In this document: positions 52,379 through 62,283 of the stretch, piece after piece
How positions within the stretch are numbered: the first letter of the stretch is position 1
Layout of the letters: the number at the start of each line of letters is the position of its first letter
Assembly: GCA_031385155.1 (NCBI GenBank)
Contig: JANNBF010000085.1
Coordinates: 25,949-89,948 of the forward strand
Source of the DNA: Rhizobacter sp.
Lineage (GTDB): Bacteria; Pseudomonadota; Gammaproteobacteria; Burkholderiales; Burkholderiaceae_C
DNA: 64,000 bases
Direction of reading: 5' to 3'
The notes under the pieces: generated by a model
Database searches by the model: none
What the model was told of the DNA's origin: nothing
Seen by the model: only the letters and a program-made list of their open reading frames with translations
Program-made: the position numbers and the translations under genes

Positions 52379-53379
52379 TCGTCGCCGGCCTCTTGCAGCG
52401 CGTCGGCCTTGGCGGCTTCCAGCGGCTCGGTCAAGGTCGACTCGATGTAGCCCGCTGGCAAGCGGTGGCGCGCGGCCAGCGTGGCAATGCTGTCGCCCGC
52501 CGCGTGCTCGGCTTGCAGCGTTTCCAGCCAGCCGTTCAGGCCGGTGGAGAGCGAGCGCCCGGGCTTCTCGCCTTCGCGCGTGCTGCCGCCGTCTTCCAGC
52601 TGGTACTTGTTGGCATAGCCACGCGGCGTGACCATCAGCCCGTCGCGCACGAAGGTGTTGCTGTTGCCGATCAGCACCGTGGTCAGCATGCCGATGTCGC
52701 ATTCGCTCATGTGGTCGAGCGTGGTGAACTCGATGCGCTCGCGCCGGCGGTAGGCGCTCTTGACCACCGCCACCGGCGTGTCGGGGCGGCGGTGGCGCAG
52801 GAACAGGCGCTGCGCCTCGACGATCTGGCGCGTGCGCCGGCCGCTCTTCGGGTTGTAGAGCGCCACCACGAAGTCGGCATAGGCCACCGCGTCGAGCCGG
52901 CGTGCGATCACCGGCCACGGCGTCAGCAGGTCGGACAGCGAGATGGCACAGAAATCATGCGTGAGCGGCGCGCCCACGCGCGCAGCGCAGGCGTTGAGCG
53001 CCGAGGCGCCCGGCACGATCTCGACCTGCACTGGGTCGTCGGGCGTCCACCCGGCCTGGAACAACACCTCGTACGTCGGCCCGGCCATGCCGTACACGCC
53101 GGCGTCGCCGGACGAGATCAGCGCGACCTTCTTGCCGGCGCGCGCGGCCGCCAGCGCACTGATGGCGCGGTCGAGCTCTTCGGTCATGCCCTTGCGCACG
53201 ATCTCCTTGCCGTCGAGCAGGTCGGCCACGAGCTTGATGTAGGTCACGTAGCCGATCACCGTGTCGGCCTCGGCAATGGCCTCGCGGGCACGCTGCGTCA
53301 TGTGGGCCACGCTGCCGGGGCCGATGCCGACGAGCATGATCTTGCCGGGCGGCATGGTGGGCTGAAGGGTGTCGTTCAT
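52375..53379 (-). CDS. cbiH: (cobalt-)precorrin-3 C17-methyltransferase
   Basis: VGIGPG, GYVTY, ISSGDAGVYGMAG, GAPLTHDF, SLSDLLTPW, LYNPKS, TPRGY. Confidence 0.92.
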   Translation of the reverse strand: MNDTLQPTMPPGKIMLVGIGPGSVAHMTQRAREAIAEADTVIGYVTYIKLVADLLDGKEIVRKGMTEELDRAISALAAARAGKKVALISSGDAGVYGMAGPTYEVLFQAGWTPDDPVQVEIVPGASALNACAARVGAPLTHDFCAISLSDLLTPWPVIARRLDAVAYADFVVALYNPKSGRRTRQIVEAQRLFLRHRRPDTPVAVVKSAYRRRERIEFTTLDHMSECDIGMLTTVLIGNSNTFVRDGLMVTPRGYANKYQLEDGGSTREGEKPGRSLSTGLNGWLETLQAEHAAGDSIATLAARHRLPAGYIESTLTEPLEAAKADALQEAGDE

Positions 53380-53771
53380 TCTGGAATCCGGGCAATCGAA
53401 ACGGTGGCGTTGCGGCCGTCCGGGCCGCGCAGCTTGTGCTTTTCAACAATGAGGTTGGCCGCGCCTGTGCCCGCCGCCAACAGCGCTGCGGCCTCGCTGA
53501 CCGAAGGCGTGCCGGTGTGCTTGCGCACGGTCTCGGACGGGTTGGGCACGGGCACGCCGGCCAGCTCGGCGGCGCTGTAGAAGCGCAGCGGCCAGCCCTG
53601 CTGCGCGGCCAGCGCGAGCAGGCCGGTCTCGTCGGCCTTGAGGTCGATGCTGGCCGCAGTGGCCACGTCGCAGAACGCGGCGTCGGCGAGCAAGAGCGCC
53701 TCGGTGGCGGCGCGTGCGAGCGTCTGCATCGGCGTGCCGCGGTCGCAGCCGAAGCCGAGTGCCACTTTCAT
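53376..53771 (-). CDS. CbiG C-terminal / CobE-like protein
   Basis: LGFGCDRG, SIDLKADE, PNPSETV, SVSEAAAL. Confidence 0.85.
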   Translation of the reverse strand: MKVALGFGCDRGTPMQTLARAATEALLLADAAFCDVATAASIDLKADETGLLALAAQQGWPLRFYSAAELAGVPVPNPSETVRKHTGTPSVSEAAALLAAGTGAANLIVEKHKLRGPDGRNATVSIARIPE

Positions 53772-53811
53772 GCGGCACCTCTGGTGCAGCAAGCACCCAT
53801 GCGGCAAGCAC

Positions 53812-54561
53812 TCATGCAGCTTGACCCAGCGGCGGGCGGTACACCACCAGGCGTTCGTGCAATTGCTGCCAGCGCGCCTCGGTCACTTCGGCGTGGGTCA
53901 CCCACAGCACCGCCTTGTAGCGGCCGAGGTCCACCTCGTCGAGGTGCGCGAAGCGCTGGATGTTGGCCGGCAGCGGCGTCGGCCGCGTCCACCAGTTCGG
54001 GCTGCCGACCTCCTGCACCACGGCGATGAGCTCGCCGTTGACGACATGCGCCGACACGCGCGTGATGTTGATCTTCGGCGCCTCGACCTTCCAGCCGAGT
54101 TCGCGGCCGAGGATGTCCACGGGAATGGTCTTGCCCACGTCCGACGCGGTCGTCAACACCGGCGTGGCGTGCAGCAGCCCGGCGATCTGCTCGGCCATCG
54201 CGTTCGCACCACCCACGTGACCCGACAGCACCGGGATCACGAACTCGCCCGCGTCGTCGATCACCACCACACCGGGGTCTTCGTCCTTGCTCTTCAGGTG
54301 CGGCGCGATCAAGCGCACCACCGCGCCGAGCGAGACGAAGAAGACGATCTGGTCGTAGCGCGTGAACAGGCCGCCGATCTCGTCCTTGAACGCGCCGCTG
54401 TAGGCGGCCAGCACGTTGGGCAGGCCGGCCATCGCGTCGGCAAACTTGGCCGCGACGCAAATGTTCGCAGCAGGCAGCTCACGCGCCAGCGTGGCGACCT
54501 GCGCCGCGCCGTGTTTGGTGATCGCCACCAGCACGATGCGGGGCGTTGTGGGTTCGGTCAT
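53812..54561 (-). CDS. cbiG: cobalt-precorrin-5A hydrolase, N-terminal and middle domains
   Basis: GAVVRLIAP, KDEDPGVVVID, VLSGHVGGAN, VLTTASD. Confidence 0.88.
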   Translation of the reverse strand: MTEPTTPRIVLVAITKHGAAQVATLARELPAANICVAAKFADAMAGLPNVLAAYSGAFKDEIGGLFTRYDQIVFFVSLGAVVRLIAPHLKSKDEDPGVVVIDDAGEFVIPVLSGHVGGANAMAEQIAGLLHATPVLTTASDVGKTIPVDILGRELGWKVEAPKINITRVSAHVVNGELIAVVQEVGSPNWWTRPTPLPANIQRFAHLDEVDLGRYKAVLWVTHAEVTEARWQQLHERLVVYRPPLGQAA

Positions 54562-55370
54562 TCGGTGTCCTCCGGGTCTTGGTTTGCGAGCACCACGCTC
54601 GTCTTTTTCTTGCAGCCCTTGACGCGTTCGCCGCGCACGCGCCCCGGGTTCTTTATCAACATCAATGAGAGGTAGTTCACTGTCGAGCCGCGCAAGCTGC
54701 GCACGTCGCGCACCACGCGCTCTTCGGGGGCGCCGGCCTTCTCGATGAAGCAGGTCTGAGCGACGAGGCCGCGTCGTTCGACCAACGCGATCAACTCGTC
54801 GAGCAGCGGCTTGACCTTCATCAGCACCAGCGTGTCGAAGTCGTCGAGCAGGCGCTCGACCATGTCGACGCCGTAGGCCGCCGGCACGATGGCGACCGTG
54901 TCGTCCTGCTCCGAGAACGGCATCTGCAGCTCGGCGCACGCCGCATGGAACGAGGTCACGCCGGGGATCACATCGATGCCGATCTCGCGGCCGACGCGCT
55001 CGTCCAGCCCGCGCAGCGTGCGTTCCAGGTGGCCGAAGGTGGCGTAGGTGCTGGCGTCGCCTTCGACGAGGAACAGCACGTCGCGCCCCGCCAGCAAGGT
55101 GGGCAACACGGCGGCGGCGGCGCGGTGCCAGTGGCGCGTGAGCTTCTCGGCGTCGTGCGTCATCGGGAACAGCAGCGGCTGGTGGTCGGCCGGCGTGGCC
55201 AGGCCGCTGCGTTCGACGATGCGCAGCGCGTAGCTCTCGCTCTTGGTGCTGCGGACCGGGCAGGTCCACAGCGCATCGGGGCGCTGCAGTTGCGCCCACG
55301 CGCGCCGCGTGATGAGTTCGGGGTCGCCGGGGCCGAGGCTGACGCCGATGAGCCGCCCGAAGCCGGTCAT
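54558..55370 (-). CDS. cbiL: (cobalt-)precorrin-2 C20-methyltransferase
   Basis: GVSLGPGDPELIT, FPMT, EGDASTYATF, IPGVTSF, LMKV, YLSLM. Confidence 0.9.
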   Translation of the reverse strand: MTGFGRLIGVSLGPGDPELITRRAWAQLQRPDALWTCPVRSTKSESYALRIVERSGLATPADHQPLLFPMTHDAEKLTRHWHRAAAAVLPTLLAGRDVLFLVEGDASTYATFGHLERTLRGLDERVGREIGIDVIPGVTSFHAACAELQMPFSEQDDTVAIVPAAYGVDMVERLLDDFDTLVLMKVKPLLDELIALVERRGLVAQTCFIEKAGAPEERVVRDVRSLRGSTVNYLSLMLIKNPGRVRGERVKGCKKKTSVVLANQDPEDTE

Positions 55371-56677
55371 GCCGAGCCCTCGGCCTGCGCGCACACGAGC
55401 CACACCGGGTTCTCGGCCGCCATGCGGTGCATGTGCAGGATCGGCTTGCTGCGCGAGGCCTGCAGTTGCAGCACGTCCCAGCTCGCACCCGCGGCCTTCA
55501 AGGCCTCGACCGCCGCGCCGAGGTTTTCGATCGTCACGAAGTTCATCACCAGCCAGCCGCCTGGCCGCAGCCGCGCGAGGATCAACGTGATCAGTTCGGC
55601 CAGCTCACCGCCCGAGCCGCCGATGAACACCGCGTTCGGGTCGGGCCACGCCTGCAGCCCGGCCGGGGCCTTGCCGTGCACCAGCGTGTGGTTGCTGATG
55701 CCCATGGCCGCGCGGTTGCGCTGGCCGATGGCCGCGTCGTCCTCGTTCTTCTCGATGGCGTACACATGCCCTTCGCTGCACAGCCGCGCCGCTTCGAGCC
55801 CGACCGAGCCGGAGCCGGCGCCGATGTCCCAGACCACGCTGTCGGCACGCAGTTGCAGCCGCGCGAGCGAGACGGCGCGCACCTCGTTCTTGGTGATCAG
55901 GCCCTTGTCGGGGTGGCGCTGCTCGAAGCTCGCATCGGGCAGGCCGAAGCGCACCGGCCGCGCGCGCGCCTGCAAGCGCCACAGCAGCAAGACGTTGGGT
56001 TCGGCGAAGGTCATGCGCGCGGCGTCAGGCACGCTCAGGTCGGCGAGCACGCGCTCTTCGGGCTGGCACAAGCGCTCGGCCACCGCCAGCGCAAACGCAT
56101 CGCCCAGGCCTTCGGCGAGCAGCATGCGGGCAACGCGGTCGGGCGTGTTGTCGGGGCTGGTCAGCACGGCCAGGCGGTCGTGCTTGCGCAGGTCTTGCAT
56201 CAGCGCGTACAGACCGTGCGAGGGCGGCGCACCAGGCGCCCACTCGCCCGCGTCGCGGCTGTGGATGGAGGCGAGCTTCATGTCTTGCCACGGCAGCCCG
56301 AGCCGCGCGCAGGCGAGCTGGATCGTCGAGACATTCGGCAGCACTTCGAGCGCCTCGATGCACAGGCGCGATGCGAGAAAGGCCGCGATGCCGTGGCACA
56401 GCGGGTCACCGGTTGCGAGCACCACGCAGCGCTGGCCGGCCTCTTGCGCGGCGCGCACCCACTCGGGCACTTTGGTGAGCGCGCCGGTCAGGTCGCGCTG
56501 CTGCGCGCCGGGCCCGATGTGGGCCGCCAGCAGTTGCAGGGTGCGCGCACCGCCGATCACCCACTCGGCCTGTGCCACGTGCCTGAGAGCGACCGCGCCG
56601 AGGCTCGCCGCCCCATCGTCGAGCACGCCGATCACGCGGCAGCGTTCCCCGATGAAGGCCCTGGAATCTTCACGCAT
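55367..56677 (-). CDS. cbiET: bifunctional precorrin-6Y C5,15-methyltransferase/decarboxylase (CbiE-CbiT, CobL)
   Basis: LATGDPLCHG, SIHSR, GLITKNEVRAVSL, WDIGAGSGSVG, AVFIGGSGG. Confidence 0.92.
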   Translation of the reverse strand: MREDSRAFIGERCRVIGVLDDGAASLGAVALRHVAQAEWVIGGARTLQLLAAHIGPGAQQRDLTGALTKVPEWVRAAQEAGQRCVVLATGDPLCHGIAAFLASRLCIEALEVLPNVSTIQLACARLGLPWQDMKLASIHSRDAGEWAPGAPPSHGLYALMQDLRKHDRLAVLTSPDNTPDRVARMLLAEGLGDAFALAVAERLCQPEERVLADLSVPDAARMTFAEPNVLLLWRLQARARPVRFGLPDASFEQRHPDKGLITKNEVRAVSLARLQLRADSVVWDIGAGSGSVGLEAARLCSEGHVYAIEKNEDDAAIGQRNRAAMGISNHTLVHGKAPAGLQAWPDPNAVFIGGSGGELAELITLILARLRPGGWLVMNFVTIENLGAAVEALKAAGASWDVLQLQASRSKPILHMHRMAAENPVWLVCAQAEGSA

Positions 56678-56704
56678 GCGCTTGCTCTTTCATGGGTTGC
56701 TCGT

Positions 56705-57805
56705 TCATGACGTGGCCTCGGCCAGCTTGCGGCCATCGAAGTCGCAGACCAGCACGGTCAACTTGAACTTGTTCGGGTAGCGGCCGATGACGGTCGCGAC
56801 CACCTTCTCGGCCAGCGCCTGATGGAATTCGAGCACCAGGCCGAGGGCCTCGACGCGCTCGCTGGCGTAGCGGGCGGTCTCGGCGTTGCGGATGTCCACG
56901 CACACCTCGGCCGGCACGCCGATACCGGCGCACAGGTCGGCGAGCAGGCCGGTGTCGACCTCGGCGCGGCCAGCGTGCGTGATGGTTTCGCCCTGCGCGA
57001 TCTTGGTCAGCTTGCCGACCATGCCGCCGATCACGACGCGCGGCAACCGGCCCTTCACGGCCGCATCGAGCGCGTACTTCAGGAAGTCGCCCATCTGCAC
57101 GTAGCAGGCCTGCGGCAGGCCGGGCAGCTCTTCCATCACGAACTTCTCGGTGCGCCCGCCGGTCGTGAGCACGACCACACCCGCGCCGGTGGTCGCGGCG
57201 ACCTGCACGCCTTGCACCACGCTGGCGCGGTAGGCGGCGGTCGAGTACGGCTTGACGATGCCGGTGGTGCCGAGGATCGAGATGCCGCCGAGGATGCCGA
57301 GCCGCGCGTTCAGCGTCTTCTTCGCCATGTCCAGGCCCTGCGGCACCGAGATGCTGACCTCGAAGCCGGCCTCGTCGAGCAGCGCGGCGCCAGCGATGCG
57401 CACGTTCGCCTCGATGTTCTTGCGCGGCACCGGGTTGATCGCCGGGCCGCCCACCGCGAGGCCCAGGCCGGGCATCGTCACGGTGCCGACGCCGAAGCCG
57501 CCGAGCAGGATCACCTGGCCCGGCACATCGCGGCGCAGCGTCACGTCGGCGGTCAGGTGGGCCTTGTCGGTGCAGTCGGGGTCGTCGCCGGCGTCCTTGA
57601 TGACCATCGCGTGGGCCGACGTGGCGTCGCACCGGCCGTTTTCGACCTTGAACGCGATGACCTGCCCGTTCGGCAGCTCGCAGTCGACCGTCTCCGGGAC
57701 TGCGCCGTGCACCAGCCCCCACACGGCGGCGCGTGCCGCTGCGGCCGAGCACGCGCCGGTGGTGAAGCCGGTGCGTGTGCCGCGCTTGACGGTCTTGTCC
57801 ATCAT
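56705..57805 (-). CDS. cbiD: cobalt-precorrin-5B C1-methyltransferase
   Basis: RTGFTTGACSAAA, IKDAGDDPD, AINPVPR, TLNARLGILGGISILGTTGIV. Confidence 0.95.
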   Translation of the reverse strand: MMDKTVKRGTRTGFTTGACSAAAARAAVWGLVHGAVPETVDCELPNGQVIAFKVENGRCDATSAHAMVIKDAGDDPDCTDKAHLTADVTLRRDVPGQVILLGGFGVGTVTMPGLGLAVGGPAINPVPRKNIEANVRIAGAALLDEAGFEVSISVPQGLDMAKKTLNARLGILGGISILGTTGIVKPYSTAAYRASVVQGVQVAATTGAGVVVLTTGGRTEKFVMEELPGLPQACYVQMGDFLKYALDAAVKGRLPRVVIGGMVGKLTKIAQGETITHAGRAEVDTGLLADLCAGIGVPAEVCVDIRNAETARYASERVEALGLVLEFHQALAEKVVATVIGRYPNKFKLTVLVCDFDGRKLAEATS

Positions 57806-57821
57806 GGCGGGGCGGCCCGCA

Positions 57822-58508
57822 TCAGGCGCTGCGCTCCAGCTCGCGCGCTTCGGCCAGGCCGAGCAAGGCGTGAATGGCGGCAACCACCAGGGTCGAGCCG
57901 CCCTTGCGGCCACGGATCACGACCCACGGCACCGCGTGCTGCGCCGCGATCAGGTCTTTCGATTCGGCGGCCGAGACAAAGCCCACCGGCATGCCCACCA
58001 CCAAGGCCGGCTGCGCGCCCTCGTCGTTCATCAGGCGCACCAGCTCGATCAACGCAGTGGGCGCGTTGCCGATGCCCACGATGGCGCCATCGATCAGCCT
58101 GTGGCGGTGGGCCTTGCGCATGGCCTGCACGGCACGCGTGGTGCCTTGCGCCTTGGCCGCCTCGATCACATCGGAGTCGCTGATGAACTGGTGCGTGGCC
58201 ATGCCGAAGTGCGCCAGGCGCGGCCGCGACAGGCCGACGCAAATCATCTCGACATCGGCCACCACGCGGGTGTTGCCGCCGAGCACCGCAGCGAGACCCG
58301 CCTCGACGGCTTGCGGGTGAAAGTCGGTCAGGCCGTTGAAGTCGAAGTCGGCGTTCGCGTGGATCATGCGGCGCACGATCGGCCACTGCTGCGCGTTGTA
58401 GGCGTGCGGGCCGACCTCGCGGTCGATCACCGCAAAGCTGTCGTGCTCGATGGCGCGGCCGGCGGCGGTGAGCTGCTCTGTCGCGACATTGCCGGCGCGT
58501 TCATGCAT
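57822..58508 (-). CDS. cbiC: (cobalt-)precorrin-8 methylmutase
   Basis: IEHDSFAVI, RRMIHANADF, IGNAPTAL, GMPVGFVSAAESK, GRKGGS. Confidence 0.93.
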   Translation of the reverse strand: MHERAGNVATEQLTAAGRAIEHDSFAVIDREVGPHAYNAQQWPIVRRMIHANADFDFNGLTDFHPQAVEAGLAAVLGGNTRVVADVEMICVGLSRPRLAHFGMATHQFISDSDVIEAAKAQGTTRAVQAMRKAHRHRLIDGAIVGIGNAPTALIELVRLMNDEGAQPALVVGMPVGFVSAAESKDLIAAQHAVPWVVIRGRKGGSTLVVAAIHALLGLAEARELERSA

Positions 58509-59364
58509 GGGCATGGGCCTGGGCGGGCTCGTCATGCGCGTGGTGACCCAGGCCGTGGTCTTCGGCAAACGCCCTGAACTTGCAGCCGTCGCAGGGGGCG
58601 AACGCGGCCGGCGTACCGTCGCGCAAGTCTTGCACCCGCTGGTCCATCAGCGCAAAGATCTCGGGCTCGAAACCGAAGTAGCTGCCGCTCTCGAAACGCA
58701 CCTGCGGGTACTGCGCCTTCAGGTGCTCGACCTGCCGCACGATGCGTTGCACCAGCGTGCCGGTGTACAGGTAGTACGGCAGCACCACCACCTGCTTCAT
58801 GCCGAGTTGCACCTGGCGCTGCACCGCCAGTTCGAGCCGTGGCCAGGTGATGCCGGTGAAGGCGAGGTCGACGAGCTCGTGGTCGGTCTCTTCCATCAAC
58901 CAACGCGCCATCTTCGCCATCTCGCCGTTGGCAGCGCGGTCCGACGAACCCCGGCCCAGCACGACCACGCCGGTGGTCTTGGGGTCGGGCATGTCGAGCC
59001 GCGTCATCGCCTTGCGCAATTGCCGCTTCAGGATGCCCAGCACCGGGTCGCATGCGGTCAGGTGCGGGGCGTAGAGAAACTGCACCGCCGGGTGCTCGGC
59101 GCGCGCCTCGGCGATGTGCTCGGGGATGTCCATCTTCACGTGGCCGGCCGCGTTCAGGATCAGCGGCACGACCAGCACGCGGGTGCTGCCGTGCGCAGCG
59201 CGGCGCATGCCGGCCTCCAGCATCACCTCGGCAAATTCGATGAAGCAGACGTCGATGCGCTGCCCCGGGCGCATGCCGCGCCATTGCGCGGCGAAGCGCT
59301 CGATCTCTTCGTTGCCCCCGGGTTCGCGCGAGCCGTGGCCGACCAGAAGAATGGTGTCGTTCAT
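58501..59364 (-). CDS. cbiX: sirohydrochlorin cobaltochelatase, long form
   Basis: LVGHGSR, AAGHVKMDIP, LGRGSSD, PYYLYTG, C-terminal CDGCK and His-rich tail. Confidence 0.92.
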   Translation of the reverse strand: MNDTILLVGHGSREPGGNEEIERFAAQWRGMRPGQRIDVCFIEFAEVMLEAGMRRAAHGSTRVLVVPLILNAAGHVKMDIPEHIAEARAEHPAVQFLYAPHLTACDPVLGILKRQLRKAMTRLDMPDPKTTGVVVLGRGSSDRAANGEMAKMARWLMEETDHELVDLAFTGITWPRLELAVQRQVQLGMKQVVVLPYYLYTGTLVQRIVRQVEHLKAQYPQVRFESGSYFGFEPEIFALMDQRVQDLRDGTPAAFAPCDGCKFRAFAEDHGLGHHAHDEPAQAHAHA

Positions 59365-60161
59365 GAAGGTTCCTTGACTTCGGTTGCCCGCCGAAAGCGG
59401 TGTGTGAAGCTCGCGTCATAGAGCTTCGATTTGGTCAATTCGGCCCAGCCGCGCGCGCCCAGCGTGGGGCTCGCAATCACCATCGACTGGCTCACGATGC
59501 CGGCGTCGCGGCATTGCTGCTTGATCGTTGCCAGCGTGCCGCGCACGATGCGTTCTTCGCCCGGCCAGCTCGCCTTGTGCACGACGAGCAGCGGCGCGTC
59601 TTCGGCCCAGCCGGCTTCGCGCAGGCCGGCCTCGACCTTGTGCAGCAGCGTGATCGACAAGAAGATGCACAGCGTGCAGTGGTGGCGCGCCAGCTCGGCG
59701 AGTGACTCGCCCTCGGGCATTGGCGTGCGGCCTTCGACGCGCGTGAAGATCACCGTCTGCGTCACCTCGGGCAGCGTGAAGCTCTCGACCGCCGCCGCCG
59801 CCGAGGCCATCGCCGACGACACGCCGGGCACCACGGCAATCGGCACACCGGCCGCGTCGAGCGGCTGCACCACCTCGATCAGCGTGCCGTAGAGCGCAGG
59901 GTCGCCGGTTTGCAGGCGGATGACCACCGCGTGCTGCGCGGCGTGCGCGATCAGCCATGCGGCCATTTGCGCCAGCGTCATCTCCTTGCTGTCGGCGATC
60001 ACGCAGCCCGGCGGTGCCCAGCGCGTGGCGGCCTCGCTCACCAGCGAGCCGGCGAACAGGATCGCCCCGGCCCGTTCGATCAGCGCGCGGCCTTTGACGG
60101 TGATGAGGTCGGGGTCACCCGGGCCGGCGCCAACGAACCACACGGTGCCGGGCAGGCTCAT
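59361..60161 (-). CDS. cbiF: (cobalt-)precorrin-4 C11-methyltransferase
   Basis: FVGAGPGDPDLITVKG, AGSLV, RLQTGDP, TLPEVTQTVI, KASWP, SKLY. Confidence 0.93.
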   Translation of the reverse strand: MSLPGTVWFVGAGPGDPDLITVKGRALIERAGAILFAGSLVSEAATRWAPPGCVIADSKEMTLAQMAAWLIAHAAQHAVVIRLQTGDPALYGTLIEVVQPLDAAGVPIAVVPGVSSAMASAAAAVESFTLPEVTQTVIFTRVEGRTPMPEGESLAELARHHCTLCIFLSITLLHKVEAGLREAGWAEDAPLLVVHKASWPGEERIVRGTLATIKQQCRDAGIVSQSMVIASPTLGARGWAELTKSKLYDASFTHRFRRATEVKEPS

Positions 60162-60811
60162 CACGCAGCCGGGTTCACGCGGGCCGCCGGCTGGAAGCAG
60201 GTGCCCAGCCAGGCCTGCTTGCGGGCCCGGCCGACCGCCCACAACACGCCCAGGGTGGCGACCGGCTCGAGCGCGACCACCGGCAGGTAGGCGGCTGCGA
60301 AGCTGGCCCAGTCGGCCAGCGCGGTGACTGTGTCGCCCAGCATGAGCCAGAAGCCGACCATCGCGACCACGCCGGCGTAGTACACGCTGTCGAGCTTCAG
60401 GATGGTCTGCACCCGGTTGACGCCGGACGCAACCAGGCGGCGGCCGAGCGTGTAATGCAGTGCCAACAGCGGCACCCCGAGCGACAGCGTGTTGACCGCC
60501 AGGTTCATCAGGTCTTGCGGCTCGAACAGCAGCCCCTGCAACAGCAGGCCGAGCGCGAAGCCGAACAAGGTGGGCACGAAGCCGAAGGCCAGGTAAATCG
60601 GCATGGCGCCGAGGAAGTGCAACTCCGACGGCCCGACCTGCATGTGAAAGGCCTGCATGAACAGCGAGAAGAACACCGCCGCCAGCGCGGTGCGCAGCAG
60701 CAGCACCGGTTGCTTGAAGAGGCGCGGCGCATAGAAGCCGAGCAGGCCGACGGCGGCGACGGCCGCAAAGGCCAGTTTGGGGGCAGCGATGAGGCCGGGT
60801 TCGATGTGCAT
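60161..60811 (-). CDS. cbiM: ECF cobalt transporter substrate component (stand-alone CbiM)
   Basis: N-terminal MHIEPG metal-binding motif, GPSELHFLG, multiple TM helices; CAGGAG RBS. Confidence 0.88.
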   Translation of the reverse strand: MHIEPGLIAAPKLAFAAVAAVGLLGFYAPRLFKQPVLLLRTALAAVFFSLFMQAFHMQVGPSELHFLGAMPIYLAFGFVPTLFGFALGLLLQGLLFEPQDLMNLAVNTLSLGVPLLALHYTLGRRLVASGVNRVQTILKLDSVYYAGVVAMVGFWLMLGDTVTALADWASFAAAYLPVVALEPVATLGVLWAVGRARKQAWLGTCFQPAARVNPAA

Positions 60812-60855
60812 GAAGGTGCTCCTGGTGGGGTTGTGGGTGAAATGCGGTGAAGAGA

Positions 60856-62190
60856 TCAAGCGGCCGGGGTCGGCAAGAACAAGCGGGCCACCGCGCCCGG
60901 GTTGGAAGGAAAGTAGGCGTGGAAGTACGAGGCCGTCAGCCGCCCGATGCGAAACACTGCCTCACCGCGCCGCCCGGCGCGCGCGGGTTGCGTGGTGCAC
61001 AGGGGCACGAGCGGCGTGGCGAGCTTCGAGTAGTGGAAGCTGTGGCCGCGCAGGCGGCCCTCGGGCAGCGCCGCCTCGTGCAAGCCGATGTTGGCCAGGC
61101 GCTGCTGCATCTGCGCATCGCCGCGCAGCAGGCCGAACATCGGCGCGTGCTGGCCGTGCACATCGGTCAGCGAATCCAGCAAGGCCAGCAGGCCGCCGCA
61201 CTCGGCCAGCAGCGGCCTGCCCGCCTCGCAATGGGCGCTCAGTGCCTGCGCCATGCGGCGGTTGCGGCCGAACGCGCCGAGGTGCAACTCGGGGTAGCCG
61301 CCGGGCAGCCAGACGGCGTCGCAGGCGGGCAGCGCTGCATCGGCCAAGGGCGAGAAGAAGTGCAGCGCGGCACCGAGTGCTTCGAGCTGTGCCAGGTTGG
61401 CCGGGTAGATGAACGAGAACGCAGCGTCGCGCGCCACCGCGATGCGGATGCCGCGCAGCGGCATGGCGGGGTCGGTTGCGGTTGCGGGTTCGGTGACGTC
61501 AGGCGCATCGAAACTGACCTGCGCCGGCAACCCGGCGGCTTCGGCCGGCAAGGCGTCGGCGGCATGGTCCAGCCGCGCATCCAGGTCGGCCAGCTCGCTG
61601 GCTTGCACCAGGCCGAGGTGGCGCTCCGGCAGGCTGATGCGCTCGTCGCGCGGCAGTGAGCCCCACCAGCGCAAGCCGTGCGGCAGGCTCTGGCGCAGCA
61701 GCTCGGCATGGCCTGCGCCTGCCACGCGGTTGGCGATCACACCCGCCATCGACAGACCTTGGCGGTAGCTTGCCAGGCCCAGCGCCAGGGCGCCGAAGGT
61801 CTGCGCCATCGCGCTGCCGTCGATCACGGCCAGCACCGGCAGGCCGAAGCGCAGCGCCAGATCGGCGCTCGACGGGTCGCCGTCATGCAAGCCCATCACA
61901 CCTTCCACCAGGATCAGGTCTGACTCGGCTGCGGCGGCGTGCAACAACGCGCGGCAATGCGCCTCGCCGCCCATCCAGAGGTCGAGCTGATGAACCGCAC
62001 GGCCGCTGGCGCGGGCCAGGATCATCGGGTCCAGAAAGTCCGGCCCGGCCTTGAACACGCTGACCGTTCGCCCCTGCCGCGTGTGCAGGCGCGCCAGTGC
62101 CGCAGTGACACTGGTCTTGCCTTGACCCGAAGCAGGCGCGGCAACAAGCAAGGCCGGGCAGCAAATGCTGCTCAGTGCGGGCAATTCCAT
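60856..62190 (-). CDS. cbiA: cobyrinate a,c-diamide synthase
   Basis: APASGQGKTS, FKAGPDFLDP, VEGVMGL, LPERHLGL, AFSFIY, LPGGYPELH, AECGG. Confidence 0.93.
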   Translation of the reverse strand: MELPALSSICCPALLVAAPASGQGKTSVTAALARLHTRQGRTVSVFKAGPDFLDPMILARASGRAVHQLDLWMGGEAHCRALLHAAAAESDLILVEGVMGLHDGDPSSADLALRFGLPVLAVIDGSAMAQTFGALALGLASYRQGLSMAGVIANRVAGAGHAELLRQSLPHGLRWWGSLPRDERISLPERHLGLVQASELADLDARLDHAADALPAEAAGLPAQVSFDAPDVTEPATATDPAMPLRGIRIAVARDAAFSFIYPANLAQLEALGAALHFFSPLADAALPACDAVWLPGGYPELHLGAFGRNRRMAQALSAHCEAGRPLLAECGGLLALLDSLTDVHGQHAPMFGLLRGDAQMQQRLANIGLHEAALPEGRLRGHSFHYSKLATPLVPLCTTQPARAGRRGEAVFRIGRLTASYFHAYFPSNPGAVARLFLPTPAA

Positions 62191-62283
62191 CGAACGGCAG
62201 GCTCACGACAGATCAACCGAGACCCTGCCTCCCCGCAGGTTCTCGTGAACAGGTGTGCTGCGTGTCATGCACGCAGCGCACCC

